Position numbers and translations under genes: made by a program
Assembly (NCBI GenBank): GCA_026397205.1
Contig: JAPLVH010000014.1
Location: forward strand, 1 to 51,477
Reading direction: 5' to 3'
Origin: Candidatus Berkelbacteria bacterium
GTDB lineage: Bacteria > Patescibacteriota > UBA1384 > XYA2-FULL-43-10 > CAINNR01
Length of the DNA stretch: 51,477 nt
In this document: positions 28,864 to 38,834 of the stretch, one piece after another
Layout of the letters: the number at the start of each line of letters is the position of its first letter
How positions within the stretch are numbered: position 1 is the first letter of the stretch
Notes under the pieces: model-generated
Database searches by the model: none
Seen by the model: only the letters and a program-made list of their open reading frames with translations
Told to the model about the DNA's origin: nothing

Positions 28864-29187
28864 ATGTTGTCTGCGGAAAACGATCTGCTCGCGGCGGCAA
28901 TCGCTGTCGCCGAAGTCATCAGAGAAAGATTTGGAATTGTTTTGGATCCTGACTATATGCCAGACCCATTCAATTCAGCCAAACTTCGTCACGCAAGAAA
29001 CAAGTGGTTTGATATCGAACGATTAAAAACAGATGCCAGAACTTATCTGCTTCTGAAAGGAAATCCTAACTGGTATGATGTTTTCGATTGTTTGGAATGT
29101 TATACTTCACAAACTGTATCACTCTTGCCGAATGGCAGAATTTCCTGCCCGCCATCAATGTTTGACGATGCCTGCCTATGTTTTTAA
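28864..29187 (+). CDS. Orphan protein (cassette) between polA and holA
   Basis: TGGTAAATT extended -10, GGAGGTGA SD, terminator ccgacc-cgctcc-ggtcgg plus T-run. Confidence 0.75.
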   Translation: MLSAENDLLAAAIAVAEVIRERFGIVLDPDYMPDPFNSAKLRHARNKWFDIERLKTDARTYLLLKGNPNWYDVFDCLECYTSQTVSLLPNGRISCPPSMFDDACLCF

Positions 29188-29306
29188 TTTCCACCCCGAC
29201 CCGCTCCGGTCGGGCTTTTTTATTCAAGAATGGACGACGAACAAAACTAACGACTAAAAACGGATAAAATTCCCCTTCCACAACTTTTCACTTTTAACTT
29301 TTAACT

Positions 29307-30605
29307 TTAAACTTTCTTTGTTTCGTCCCAATTGTCACCGATTCCAACTTCAACTTCTGTTGGCACCGAAAGTTTGACGACATTTTCCATCGTCTCTTTC
29401 ATAATTTTTGCGACACTCTCCGCATCTTTTACCGGCGCTTCGACAATAACCTCATCATGAACAGTCAAAATAATTTTTACTCCACCATTTTGACTTTTGA
29501 TTTTTGATTTTTGATTTAAAACTTGCATTTGATCCGCCAGGCGGATCAAGGCAAGTTTCAGTATCTCCGCCGCTGTTCCCTGCACCGGCGTGTTTATCGC
29601 CATTCTCTGTGCCGATTCCGATTTTATTCGGTCGGCCGAATTTATCTCCGGCAGTTTCCGCTGAAATCCAAACAGCGTTTCGACATAACCTAATTTTTTG
29701 GCTTGTGTAATCTGCTCCTCGCAATATTTTTTAATGCCGCCGTGAACGGCAAAATAGCGGAAAATATATTCCGCCGCCGATTCGCGGGCGATGCCCAAAG
29801 TTTGCGACAAACCGTATGGGCTGATGCCGTAAATGACTCCAAAGTTGACGGTTTTCGCCAGTCGCCGCTGATCGTTGGTGATTTTTTCAATCGGCACGCG
29901 AAATAATTCTGATGCTGTTCGCGAATGAATGTCAACGCCAGAGCTGAATGCTTCAACCATCGCCTTGTCGCCAGACAAACAAGCAACGACTCGGAGTTCG
30001 ATTTGCGAATAATCGGCCGAAATTAATTTACAATTTTTTTCGGCAATAAAAGCTCGGCGAATTTCCGGTCCGAAATCGCCTTTGATTGGGATATTTTGCA
30101 AATTCGGATTTGCCGATGTCAGCCGGCCGGTTCGGGTGTCGGTACCGAAATGGGTGTGAAGCCGAAAATTTTCGTCAACGATTTTCGGTAGCGGCTCTAA
30201 ATATGTTGACACTAATTTTGAAAGTTCGCGATATTCCAAAATTTTGCCGATGATCGGATTTCCGCCACGGAGTTTTTCCAGCTCCGACGCGCCAGTGGAA
30301 AATCCCGACTTTGTTCGCTTGAGTTCGCCGGTTGGCAATTTCATTTTGGTGAATAATATTTTCGCCAATTGCGTCGGCGACGCGACATTGAATTCCTCAC
30401 CAGCATTTTTCTGAATTTCCTTCCTTAACTTTTCACTTTTAACTTTTAACTTTTCACTAAGTCGCTTAAGCGACTTGACATCAACTTTTATTCCGACATC
30501 CTCGATCAACCTTAAAACCGGCGCCAATTTCTTGTCAATTTCCTCCGATTTAATTCTCGGAATTTTACAACCCAATTTTTCCGCCCGCGCTAAAATATTT
30601 TTCAT
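29307..30605 (-). CDS. polA: DNA polymerase I, polymerase domain (split polA, part 2)
   Basis: TGRLTS.NPNLQNIP, ADYSQIELR, R..AKTVNFG..YG, VHDE. Confidence 0.93.
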   Translation of the reverse strand: MKNILARAEKLGCKIPRIKSEEIDKKLAPVLRLIEDVGIKVDVKSLKRLSEKLKVKSEKLRKEIQKNAGEEFNVASPTQLAKILFTKMKLPTGELKRTKSGFSTGASELEKLRGGNPIIGKILEYRELSKLVSTYLEPLPKIVDENFRLHTHFGTDTRTGRLTSANPNLQNIPIKGDFGPEIRRAFIAEKNCKLISADYSQIELRVVACLSGDKAMVEAFSSGVDIHSRTASELFRVPIEKITNDQRRLAKTVNFGVIYGISPYGLSQTLGIARESAAEYIFRYFAVHGGIKKYCEEQITQAKKLGYVETLFGFQRKLPEINSADRIKSESAQRMAINTPVQGTAAEILKLALIRLADQMQVLNQKSKIKSQNGGVKIILTVHDEVIVEAPVKDAESVAKIMKETMENVVKLSVPTEVEVGIGDNWDETKKV

Positions 30606-30639
30606 AATTATTCTAAACGGCTTAAGTTTCTTAAGATAT

Positions 30640-31686
30640 TTATAAAAGTTTTAGTTGTTCGTCTTTCTTTGGAATTTCTGATTTTGAATTTGTTTGTGAT
30701 TTGCCCACAGGGTCACTTCGTAGATTTCTTGTGATTTGCGATTTTTCGCCCTCAAATCTCCGGAGGAGCGATTGAAATCCCAACTCCTCAAAAAGTTCCG
30801 TCAGTTTGATTTTATCATACTCGCCGAAACGACATTTTTCCAGATCAAAATCAATCGGCACATCACGATAAATCGTCGCCAACTTCTGCGACATAAAAGC
30901 CTGATCACGATTCTCAATCAATAAATTTAATATTCTCGGTTTTATTTCTTTTTGATTTTCATCTTTGTCATTTTGATCTTTAATATTTGATTTTTGATCT
31001 ATATACGCATATAACTTTTCAAGCGAATCAAACTTCTGAATTAAATCTGTCGCCGTTTTACTGCCGATTCCCGGAACACCGGGAATATTGTCCGAAGCAT
31101 CGCCGGCCAGCGCTTTTAGATCAATAAAATCAGCCGGATCCAGATTATACTCTCGTTTGATTGTGTCGTGATCAACAATTTGGAGTTGACTCAAACCCTT
31201 GCGCAAACTATAAACTTTAACATTGCCATTTATCAGCTGATAAATATCCTTATCCCCGCTTACTATATATATGTCAATTCCGCTATTTTTCACTTTTAAT
31301 TTTTCACTTTTAATTTTCTCGGCAATTGTGCCGAGAATATCATCGGCCTCAAAAGTTTCCTTTTCGTAAATCGGAATTCCCATCGTCTCAACGATTTGTT
31401 TGACTCGGGGAATTTGATCGTAAAGTTCCTGATCGGCCTTAACTCGCGTCGCTTTGTAATCGGCGAACTCTTTGTGGCGAAAAGTCGGCCCGGCCAAATC
31501 GAACGAGCAAGCGATAAATTCCGGCTTCAAATCCTCCAAAACTTTAATCAGCGTGGTTGTAAAACCGTAAGTCGCGTTCGTCGGCTCGCCAGCACGCGTC
31601 GTCATCGTTTTCGGCAAAGCGTGATACGCCCGATGAATTATCGCATTACCATCAATCAAGACCAGTTTTTGATTTTCCTCTGTCAT
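30640..31686 (-). CDS. 5'-3' exonuclease domain of Pol I (split polA, part 1)
   Basis: LIDGNA..HRAYHA, YKATR, EADD, SGDKD, GDASDNIPGVPGIG.KTA. Confidence 0.93.
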   Translation of the reverse strand: MTEENQKLVLIDGNAIIHRAYHALPKTMTTRAGEPTNATYGFTTTLIKVLEDLKPEFIACSFDLAGPTFRHKEFADYKATRVKADQELYDQIPRVKQIVETMGIPIYEKETFEADDILGTIAEKIKSEKLKVKNSGIDIYIVSGDKDIYQLINGNVKVYSLRKGLSQLQIVDHDTIKREYNLDPADFIDLKALAGDASDNIPGVPGIGSKTATDLIQKFDSLEKLYAYIDQKSNIKDQNDKDENQKEIKPRILNLLIENRDQAFMSQKLATIYRDVPIDFDLEKCRFGEYDKIKLTELFEELGFQSLLRRFEGEKSQITRNLRSDPVGKSQTNSKSEIPKKDEQLKLL

Positions 31687-31689
31687 ATT

Positions 31690-32406
31690 CTAACCTTTCG
31701 GATAAGATTTTATTGCTTGCTCCTTGGCTTTCAGGAGAATTTTTTCTTCGCCGGGCAAAAGTGTAAAATTACTTTTTGCCGGCAGAATTTCGCCATTATT
31801 TTCGCTGATAATTTTTAACGCTTCGATTTGGGTTTTCCATTCCAGTGGTAAAACTCGCGCTTGTAAACTTTTGACCATGTCATTTTCCCGAACTTCAGTC
31901 AACATCGTGGCAATGATTTCGCCGGCATCATATTTCTCGGCGACAATTTGCGCTGTCGCCTCAGTTTTTACAGGGCGACCAACCAGATAGCGAAAGTTGA
32001 TAATTGCTGCATGTGGTGTTCGGCCATACATTCCTCGACCGCCAAAAAATGGTACCGGTGCCGGATGTTGATTTATGCCATGAAATTTTTTGATTACCTC
32101 CACCGGCATCAGCGGCAACCAGCCATATTGGCCAAACCAATCAATTTTTTCCTTTTGAAAAATCGAGATTAATTCATCGGCGAATTTTTCCTTGCCAACA
32201 ATTTTCGGATTGCAAATATAAATCTCACCGGCAAAACCGGCATTTTTTAGGCGGTTGATTGCGCCGGCATCGGCACTTGAGATAACCAAACAAACCGGCT
32301 CGACGAGTCCAAAAAGTTCGCCACATTTTTGACAAGCACGAAAAATCTGTTCGCAGGTTGTTCCACTTCCCGACGCCAACAGCGCCAACCGAATTGGTTT
32401 TTCCAT
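31690..32406 (-). CDS. purN: Phosphoribosylglycinamide formyltransferase-like
   Basis: LASGSGTT, NQHPA.VP.FGGRGMYG, YDAG.II, ARVL.LE. Confidence 0.8.
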   Translation of the reverse strand: MEKPIRLALLASGSGTTCEQIFRACQKCGELFGLVEPVCLVISSADAGAINRLKNAGFAGEIYICNPKIVGKEKFADELISIFQKEKIDWFGQYGWLPLMPVEVIKKFHGINQHPAPVPFFGGRGMYGRTPHAAIINFRYLVGRPVKTEATAQIVAEKYDAGEIIATMLTEVRENDMVKSLQARVLPLEWKTQIEALKIISENNGEILPAKSNFTLLPGEEKILLKAKEQAIKSYPKG

Positions 32407-32485
32407 TTTTATTATCTATTATTTTTTCTTTATTATTTATTCTGATTCTACCACTTTTCGCCTGACTTAAAAAGAAAAAACCGCC

Positions 32486-33136
32486 CTAGATTTCTAGAGC
32501 GGAGAGACCTAATCCTAAACGGTCATTAACGATTTGAATAATTTCGTTGTGAACAATTTGCGGAATCGGTTCGGCATCAATAACTTCACAAAAATCAAGA
32601 TGCCGATTTGCATATTCTAAATATCCTTCATGTACCAAACTGTGGAATGACAGTGGTTGCAGTTCAATTCGATCTAACTCATCACCGGTCTTTCTTTGAA
32701 AACCAACTTCCGGTGGAAGAGACAAAACAATCAACAGATCTGGATTGCAATCTTTATTAGCTAACAAAGTTAAGTCCTCAATCAACTTGATATCGCCGCC
32801 ACCGGCAACACCTTGATAAGCATGAGTCGATGAAGCATACCGATCGCAAAGAACATCTTTATTATTTTCCAAACTCGGAATTACAACTTGAGCAAAATGT
32901 AATGCTCGATCGGCAGAAAAAAGCAAAATTTCCTGCTCTGGTGTCAATTTATACCCTCCATGAAGAATTTCATGTCGGAGAAGCTTGCCGGTTTCCGTTC
33001 CACCCGGCTCCAAAGTTTCAACGACTTCACGACCAGCATTTCGGAATGCGTGCGCCAAATATTTTAGCTGTGAAGATTTTCCGGCGCCATCAACACCATC
33101 AATTACAACAAAGAAACCTGTTCTGGACTTCGCCAT
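32486..33136 (-). CDS. tmk: Thymidylate kinase
   Basis: DGVDGAGKSSQ, EPGGT, LFSADRA.H, CDRY.SS..AYQG. Confidence 0.95.
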   Translation of the reverse strand: MAKSRTGFFVVIDGVDGAGKSSQLKYLAHAFRNAGREVVETLEPGGTETGKLLRHEILHGGYKLTPEQEILLFSADRALHFAQVVIPSLENNKDVLCDRYASSTHAYQGVAGGGDIKLIEDLTLLANKDCNPDLLIVLSLPPEVGFQRKTGDELDRIELQPLSFHSLVHEGYLEYANRHLDFCEVIDAEPIPQIVHNEIIQIVNDRLGLGLSALEI

Positions 33137-33137
33137 T

Positions 33138-34007
33138 TTACCGACCTCCCTTGGCTTCTTTTGCCAATTTTGCATCGATATTTACCACAGCTTCAGCCAT
33201 CAGTTCGGCAACAAACGGATCGTCAGTTCTGAAAGTTCTCTGATCGAATGTCCGTCTTCCATTTTCTACATCTTCCCAGAAACCCTCGAAGAAATCCTTG
33301 AAATAGCTACCGTAAATATGGAAAGAATTTGCTGTGTGGGTATAATGACCGACACTAATTTTTCGACCAATCTTTGCGCTAATTCTTTCAGCAACAATCC
33401 GCTGCAAATCAGTAAAAGCGTACATATTCATCAGACCGGCTTTGAAGGCATCGTTGCTACGAATTCTGCAATCCATAATCAGTTGATCGTCAAAAATTCT
33501 GAACCAGAAACTCTGCAAACATGGTGGGTCTTTAATTCCGAAATCAGCCCAAGGTTTCCATGTTATTGCTTGCGCTTGTCGCGAATACGGTTGAGCAACC
33601 AAGGCATCAACAACTTGAGAAATCTGATCGATTGGATTTTCAATTCCGGGAACTTGAAAATATTCCAGCCGCTCATGATATGTGTATTCCCACTTGCCTT
33701 CTTCCGGCGCAATCCAATGGTCATGGACACCATCGACGACTTCACGGCGATAGATTTCCAAATCTTCAAATCCACCAGGCCATGCGCGGTGAAGACGGGG
33801 CTCGGCAAATGGATCAAGAATTGTCAGACACAAACCAATGTCACGTGATTTCGGATCACCGGGCTTATCATATTGGGTTGCAATTTCCGCGCCATATTTC
33901 CAGCAAGCTACAACTGATTCTTCCCAACCGCGAGCAAGACAATCACTGACCACTTGAACCGTTGGTCTAACCATCATTTTCAAAACTTCCGGCGGGGTAA
34001 TAATCAT
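33138..34007 (-). CDS. thyA: Thymidylate synthase, archaeal-type ThyA
   Basis: YTYHERL, SRQAQAITW.P, DPPCLQ, RSNDA....MN, SFHIY. Confidence 0.85.
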   Translation of the reverse strand: MIITPPEVLKMMVRPTVQVVSDCLARGWEESVVACWKYGAEIATQYDKPGDPKSRDIGLCLTILDPFAEPRLHRAWPGGFEDLEIYRREVVDGVHDHWIAPEEGKWEYTYHERLEYFQVPGIENPIDQISQVVDALVAQPYSRQAQAITWKPWADFGIKDPPCLQSFWFRIFDDQLIMDCRIRSNDAFKAGLMNMYAFTDLQRIVAERISAKIGRKISVGHYTHTANSFHIYGSYFKDFFEGFWEDVENGRRTFDQRTFRTDDPFVAELMAEAVVNIDAKLAKEAKGGR

Positions 34008-34029
34008 TTTATCGACCTCCTGTTGTCAA

Positions 34030-34095
34030 AGTGCTTCCTCCAAAACCGGAGGGATTGTTGCCAAACGGCAACAAAAAGGGCTCGTTGCCCTCACT
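34030..34095 (-). promoter_or_regulatory. Structured 5' leader of thyA-tmk (three hairpins closed by a short stem)
   Basis: agtg[agggc/gccct][ttgttgcc/ggcaacaa][cctcc/ggagg]cact, immediately after TTGACA-16-(TGC)TAAGAT. Confidence 0.55.
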
Positions 34096-34244
34096 AAAAA
34101 TCTTAGCAGATGAAAAATTTTTGTCAAATTTTGCTTTACTTTCACGCTAATTTGAGATAACATCAAAGGAGATTTGTGGATTTTATTATCCGTGTTTATC
34201 CGCGTGGCAAATCCGTGTTCGAATATCAATTTAAGATTTTTATT

Positions 34245-35297
34245 ATGAAAATCGCCATCGTTGGTTTGCCGAATGTTGGCAAGTCAACACTATTTAACGC
34301 TTTGGTCAAGGGATCGAAAGCCGAAGCGGCAAATTATCCCTTTTGCACAATCGAGCCGAATGTCGGCATTGTTGAAGTTCCGGACGAACGGCTTGCTCCG
34401 CTCGGCGAAATTTCTCATTCGAAAAAAATCGTTCCGACCGTTGTTGAATTTGTTGATATCGCCGGCCTTGTCCGCGGCGCAAGCAAGGGCGAAGGACTCG
34501 GCAATCAATTTCTATCGCACATTCGCGAATGCGACGCCATCGCCTTGGTTGTCCGTTTTTTTGTTGATGATAATGTCGTCCATGTCGGCGGAAAAATTGA
34601 TCCGAAAGATGACATTTCGACGATTGAGACCGAACTTCAGCTCGCCGATATGGCGACGGTTGACAAGCGGATTTATAATTTGGATCGCGACATAAAAAGT
34701 GGATCTAAAGACGCGAAGGTTGAAAAATCGGCTCTAGAAAAAATTCTTCGCCAACTTTCAGACGGCAAAAATGCTCGAACGGCAGATTTGTCAGACGACG
34801 AAATGGCGACGATAAAATCACTCGGACTTTTGACCTTGAAACCGGTTTTATACATCGCCAACTGCTCGGAAAACCAGCTAAAAGATTTTAATGACGACAA
34901 ATTTATTTCGATTTCCGCCAATATTGAAGCAGAGTTAAACGAACTAACAGAAGAAGAAAAACGCGAATACCTCGACGAACTTGGTATTTCCGACTCCGGT
35001 ATAAATAAATTAATTAAAGCCGCCTACTCGATGCTGAATTTGATTACCTATTTTACCTCCGGCGAAAAAGAAACTCGGGCTTGGACAATCCCCGCCGGCG
35101 CCACAGCACCCCATGCCGCTGGCGTAATTCACACTGATTTCCAGCGCGGATTTATTGCCGCCGATGTTGTCAGTTGGCAAGATCTCTACGCCCATGGCGG
35201 TTGGACCGGCGCCCGTTCGCAAGGACTCGTCCGAACCGAAGGCAAAAATTACATCTTCCGCGACGGCGACACGGTGATTTTTAAGTTTAATGTTTGA
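34245..35297 (+). CDS. ychF: Ribosome-binding ATPase YchF
   Basis: GLPNVGKST, NYPFCTIEPN, DIAGLV.GASKGEGLGN.FL, IHTDF.RGFI. Confidence 0.98.
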   Translation: MKIAIVGLPNVGKSTLFNALVKGSKAEAANYPFCTIEPNVGIVEVPDERLAPLGEISHSKKIVPTVVEFVDIAGLVRGASKGEGLGNQFLSHIRECDAIALVVRFFVDDNVVHVGGKIDPKDDISTIETELQLADMATVDKRIYNLDRDIKSGSKDAKVEKSALEKILRQLSDGKNARTADLSDDEMATIKSLGLLTLKPVLYIANCSENQLKDFNDDKFISISANIEAELNELTEEEKREYLDELGISDSGINKLIKAAYSMLNLITYFTSGEKETRAWTIPAGATAPHAAGVIHTDFQRGFIAADVVSWQDLYAHGGWTGARSQGLVRTEGKNYIFRDGDTVIFKFNV

Positions 35298-35471
35298 TTT
35301 TGGCTTGCCCAGCGTAGCTTTAGCGAAGTTGGGTCATTGCGAGCCATCCGCCTTTGGCGGAGGCGCGGCAATCTTTTTGGTTTTATGATTGCCCACAAGG
35401 TCACCTTCGTAAGACTTCGTCATTATTCCTTGCAACAGCCCAACAAAAAAACTCCGGCATATTGCCAGGAG

Positions 35472-35645
35472 TTAGGACTTTGGTTTTGCATCTTCGAGTT
35501 GTTTTATAATTACTTCTGCCGGCATATTTTCCCACGGCTTTTTCGATTGAGGTTGGACAAACGGAATTCGCGGTTCGCCAGAATTCAAATCTGCAAGAAA
35601 TTGTTCATTGGCAATTTTTGCGACTTTGAGTGGATTCCTGCTCAT
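35472..35645 (-). CDS. 57-aa orphan (cassette), antisense between ychF and rpsF
   Basis: TTGCAA-17-(TGC)TAATTT, GAGGTGA SD, terminator actcctggca-ata-tgccggagt plus T-run. Confidence 0.65.
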   Translation of the reverse strand: MSRNPLKVAKIANEQFLADLNSGEPRIPFVQPQSKKPWENMPAEVIIKQLEDAKPKS

Positions 35646-35803
35646 CACAATCACCTCTTCCATTAAATTAGCAAAATGTTGACTTTTTTGCAAGCGTTTG
35701 CTAGGATTAAAATACAATTTAATTAATCGTCGTAAATATTGTTCGAGGAAGAATGACGAGAACTTCTCACTCGATTCCTCGCTCGAAGAATGATCACGAC
35801 AAT

Positions 35804-35866
35804 TACTTCCCCCGATTCGGGGGCTTCGCCCACACTAAGCGGGACAAACGAAGGCCATAAGAGGAG
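35804..35866 (+). promoter_or_regulatory. Structured rpsF leader, candidate S6:S18 autoregulatory element
   Basis: cttcccc can pair with the SD gaggag around an inner ggcttcg/cgaaggcc stem; position matches the known S6:S18 leader. Confidence 0.4.
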
Positions 35867-35872
35867 ATGAAA

Positions 35873-36499
35873 ATGCGAGAATACGAACTGACGTATCTGG
35901 TTTCTGATGATGTTTTGGAAAAAGATTTGAAAGCTGTCAGCGATAAAGTTGCCGGTATTATTTCTGCATCCGATGGAACAATTTCCAAGGAGGAGCCATG
36001 GGGACGACGAAAGCTGGCCTATCCGATCAAAAAGCAAAATTTTGCCAGCTATTTCACACTTTGGATTACGATGCCGGCGGAAAAAGTTGTGGCGATTGAT
36101 CATGAACTTCGGGTTTATCCGCAGGTAATTCGCCACTTGATCGTTAGCAAAGTTCAAAAAAATAAAGAATTGACGGTGACGACTTCAGATGTTGTTGATA
36201 CCGCCGATGTCAAGGACATTTTGGGCGAAAAGAGTTTTGAAGTTGTCGAAGGCGAAACCGAAGAATCGAAGGATTTGATGGCAACAAGGGAAATAAAATC
36301 TGAAGATTCCAAATCACAAGAAACAAATTCCAAACAAATTCTAAATTCAAAATCAGAAATTCCAAACAAAGAAGAAATCAAAACCGAACCGGTCAAGGCG
36401 AAAGTCATCAAGCCAAAAAAAGAATCCAAAGAAGACGAAGCTGATAGAATGAAAAAGTTGGATGAGAAGCTGGACGAGCTTTTGGGAGATGACCTTTAA
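35873..36499 (+). CDS. rpsF: 30S ribosomal protein S6 with long C-terminal extension
   Basis: MREYELTYLV, WGRRKLAYPIKK, VIRHLIV. Confidence 0.96.
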   Translation: MREYELTYLVSDDVLEKDLKAVSDKVAGIISASDGTISKEEPWGRRKLAYPIKKQNFASYFTLWITMPAEKVVAIDHELRVYPQVIRHLIVSKVQKNKELTVTTSDVVDTADVKDILGEKSFEVVEGETEESKDLMATREIKSEDSKSQETNSKQILNSKSEIPNKEEIKTEPVKAKVIKPKKESKEDEADRMKKLDEKLDELLGDDL

Positions 36500-36660
36500 A
36501 TCAATTTCTAATTACTCTAATTAACCTAATTATTCTAAACAAATCCCAATAAACTAATTCCCCAATTTAGGCATTCGTATTTTGGTGCTTTTTTAGGTCA
36601 ATTAGTATAATTAGAACAATTAGAATAATTTATTTCGACCTTTCGGTCGAAGGAGGCATT

Positions 36661-37170
36661 ATGTTTAGCTTAAATCGAGCAATGGTTATCGGCAACGCGA
36701 CAAAGGATCCGGAGATGCGCTACACTCCAAACGGCCAAGCGGTGGCATCATTTGCCGTCGCAACCAACCGCCGCTGGACTAATCGGGAAACTGGCGAACT
36801 GCAAGAACAGGTTGAATTTCACGACATTGTTGTCTGGGGAAAAATGGCGGAAAATGCCAGCCAGTATTTGAAAAAAGGCGCGCCGGTTTATATCGAAGGC
36901 CGACTGCAAACCAAAAACTGGGAGGGACAAGACGGCGTTAAGCGCTACCGGACGGAAATCGTCGCTGAAAATTTTATTCTTCTCGGCAGTCGTGGCGGTG
37001 GAAATTACGAAAAATCGGGCACCAACGAGCCCAGTCGAGTTGCGCCGGAAAATCCGATTGAGGAGGTTTCAAAAAGTGACGACACTAAATCTGACGCCGA
37101 CGGCAAAAAATCGGACGAAGAAAAAAAGCCGGAAACCGAAGAGATTGATATTGACGAAATCCCATTTTAA
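36661..37170 (+). CDS. ssb: Single-stranded DNA-binding protein
   Basis: LNRA.VIGN.TKDPE.RYT, EGRLQT..W, C-terminal DEIPF. Confidence 0.98.
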   Translation: MFSLNRAMVIGNATKDPEMRYTPNGQAVASFAVATNRRWTNRETGELQEQVEFHDIVVWGKMAENASQYLKKGAPVYIEGRLQTKNWEGQDGVKRYRTEIVAENFILLGSRGGGNYEKSGTNEPSRVAPENPIEEVSKSDDTKSDADGKKSDEEKKPETEEIDIDEIPF

Positions 37171-37301
37171 TAATTCCTTACCAATTTACGAATAATACCA
37201 AGAACGAAATTACCAATAAGAAAATACCTGGAATTCTGGTTTTATTCGTAATTTCGCTTTTAGATTTTTTCGTAAATTGGTAAGATCATAAAGGAAATTT
37301 T

Positions 37302-37520
37302 ATGGACAATTTTGGACAAAAAAAGAAGTGCTATTTTTGCAAAATGCGGGTCAAGGAAATTGATTACAAAGACACAGCGACTCTTGGTAAATACCTAAAT
37401 CGCTGGTCAAAAATCGATCCCGGCTCGCGCAGCGGCGCTTGCGCCAAACACCAGCGTCAGCTTTCGGCGGCAATCAAACGGGCCAGAGAGCTGGCGCTAT
37501 TGCCGTATATCAGCCGATAA
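37302..37520 (+). CDS. rpsR: 30S ribosomal protein S18 (Zn-binding type)
   Basis: CYFC, IDYKD, G.CAKHQR...AIKRAR.LALLPY. Confidence 0.97.
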   Translation: MDNFGQKKKCYFCKMRVKEIDYKDTATLGKYLNRWSKIDPGSRSGACAKHQRQLSAAIKRARELALLPYISR

Positions 37521-37645
37521 TTTTTAATTTTGCAATTTTCAATTTACAATCAAATTACAATCAAATTCCAATTTTCAATTTTTAAGCGTTTGGAAATTTG
37601 GATATTGAAAATTCATTGAAAATTTTAAATTGATAATTGAAAATT

Positions 37646-38206
37646 ATGCTTTCAATCACCAATCTCAAACTTGGGACAAAAATTTCTTTGGATGGCGAAC
37701 CGTTCGTCGTCACTTTTTCCGAACACTCAAAACAGGGCCGCAGCGGCGCGGTGATGCGAACGCGGCTTAAAAGTTTGATCTCTGGCGCGACAATTGCCAA
37801 AACATTTCAGGGCGCCGACAAAATTGATGAGGCCGAACTGTCGCATAAAACCGCCCAGTTTTTATATTTTGATAGCCAAGCGGCGTATTTCATGGACTCG
37901 GAAAATTTTGAGCAGTTTGAAATTCCGACTCTAAAAATTGCCGACCAAATTGATTATCTGACCGAAAACGCACCGGTCGAAATACTCTACAATGATGACC
38001 GGCCGATAAGCATTGAACTCCCGATCAAAATGACATTTACGATAATTTCCACGCCTCCGGGGGTCCGTGGAAACTCCGCCGGCACCGTGACCAAAATGGC
38101 AGAGATCAACACCGGCGGCCAAATTGCCGTTCCCCTTTTCATCAAGGAAGGCGACAAAATTGTCGTTGACACCAGGGATGGAAAATATGTGGAACGGGAA
38201 AATTAA
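37646..38206 (+). CDS. efp: Elongation factor P
   Basis: HSKQGRSGA (Arg at the modified position), PGVRGN, VPLFI.EGD.I.VDTRDG.YVER. Confidence 0.96.
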   Translation: MLSITNLKLGTKISLDGEPFVVTFSEHSKQGRSGAVMRTRLKSLISGATIAKTFQGADKIDEAELSHKTAQFLYFDSQAAYFMDSENFEQFEIPTLKIADQIDYLTENAPVEILYNDDRPISIELPIKMTFTIISTPPGVRGNSAGTVTKMAEINTGGQIAVPLFIKEGDKIVVDTRDGKYVEREN

Positions 38207-38315
38207 AAATCAAATATTAAAAATTAAAATGATAGATCAAAAAGTTTTAAATCCCGGCACGGAGTGCCGACCAACATTTTGACTTTTTATTTTTGATTTT
38301 TGATATACTTGGTTT

Positions 38316-38834
38316 ATGTTAATTGAACACTCCAAATTAATCGGCTTGCCGGTGTTTGAACTTGAAAACCAATCGAAAGTCGCCGAGATTTCTGATTTTT
38401 TTATTGACACAGGTGAGAAAAAAATCGAGGCGGCAATCTGTAAAATCGGTGGTATTTTTCATAAAACCAAATTTATTTCCGCCAAAGAGATCATTGATGT
38501 TTCAAAATCGGCGATCGTGATTCAAACCGACGACAGTTTAGTCGTGCCCGAGGAGATGATTCGGCTGGCAAAAAAGTTTAAAACCCGGGCGAAAATCGTC
38601 GGCGAAAGAGTGTTTTCCAAAAACGGGAATTATCTCGGAGTTGTCAATGATTATGTCATCGAATCTGGCTCGCTTTGTATTCTGCGAATTTATGTCAGAA
38701 AATTTCTCGATGAGCGGATAATTCACTCGTCGGCAATTTTGAAAATCGAGCAACACAAAATCACCGTTAAAGATGATTTTGAAATGGTCAAGCCGGAACT
38801 GGCGCCGATGTCGGCCAAAACCGAACTGGCATAA
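38316..38834 (+). CDS. Tandem PRC-barrel protein
   Basis: SKLIGLPVF...ISDFFID; IVGERVFSKNG.YLG.VNDY. Confidence 0.85.
   Translation: MLIEHSKLIGLPVFELENQSKVAEISDFFIDTGEKKIEAAICKIGGIFHKTKFISAKEIIDVSKSAIVIQTDDSLVVPEEMIRLAKKFKTRAKIVGERVFSKNGNYLGVVNDYVIESGSLCILRIYVRKFLDERIIHSSAILKIEQHKITVKDDFEMVKPELAPMSAKTELA

Noticed and set aside
32985..33848. 287-aa plus-strand ORF
   Set aside because: Antisense shadow of thyA-tmk, with no SD or recognisable motif.
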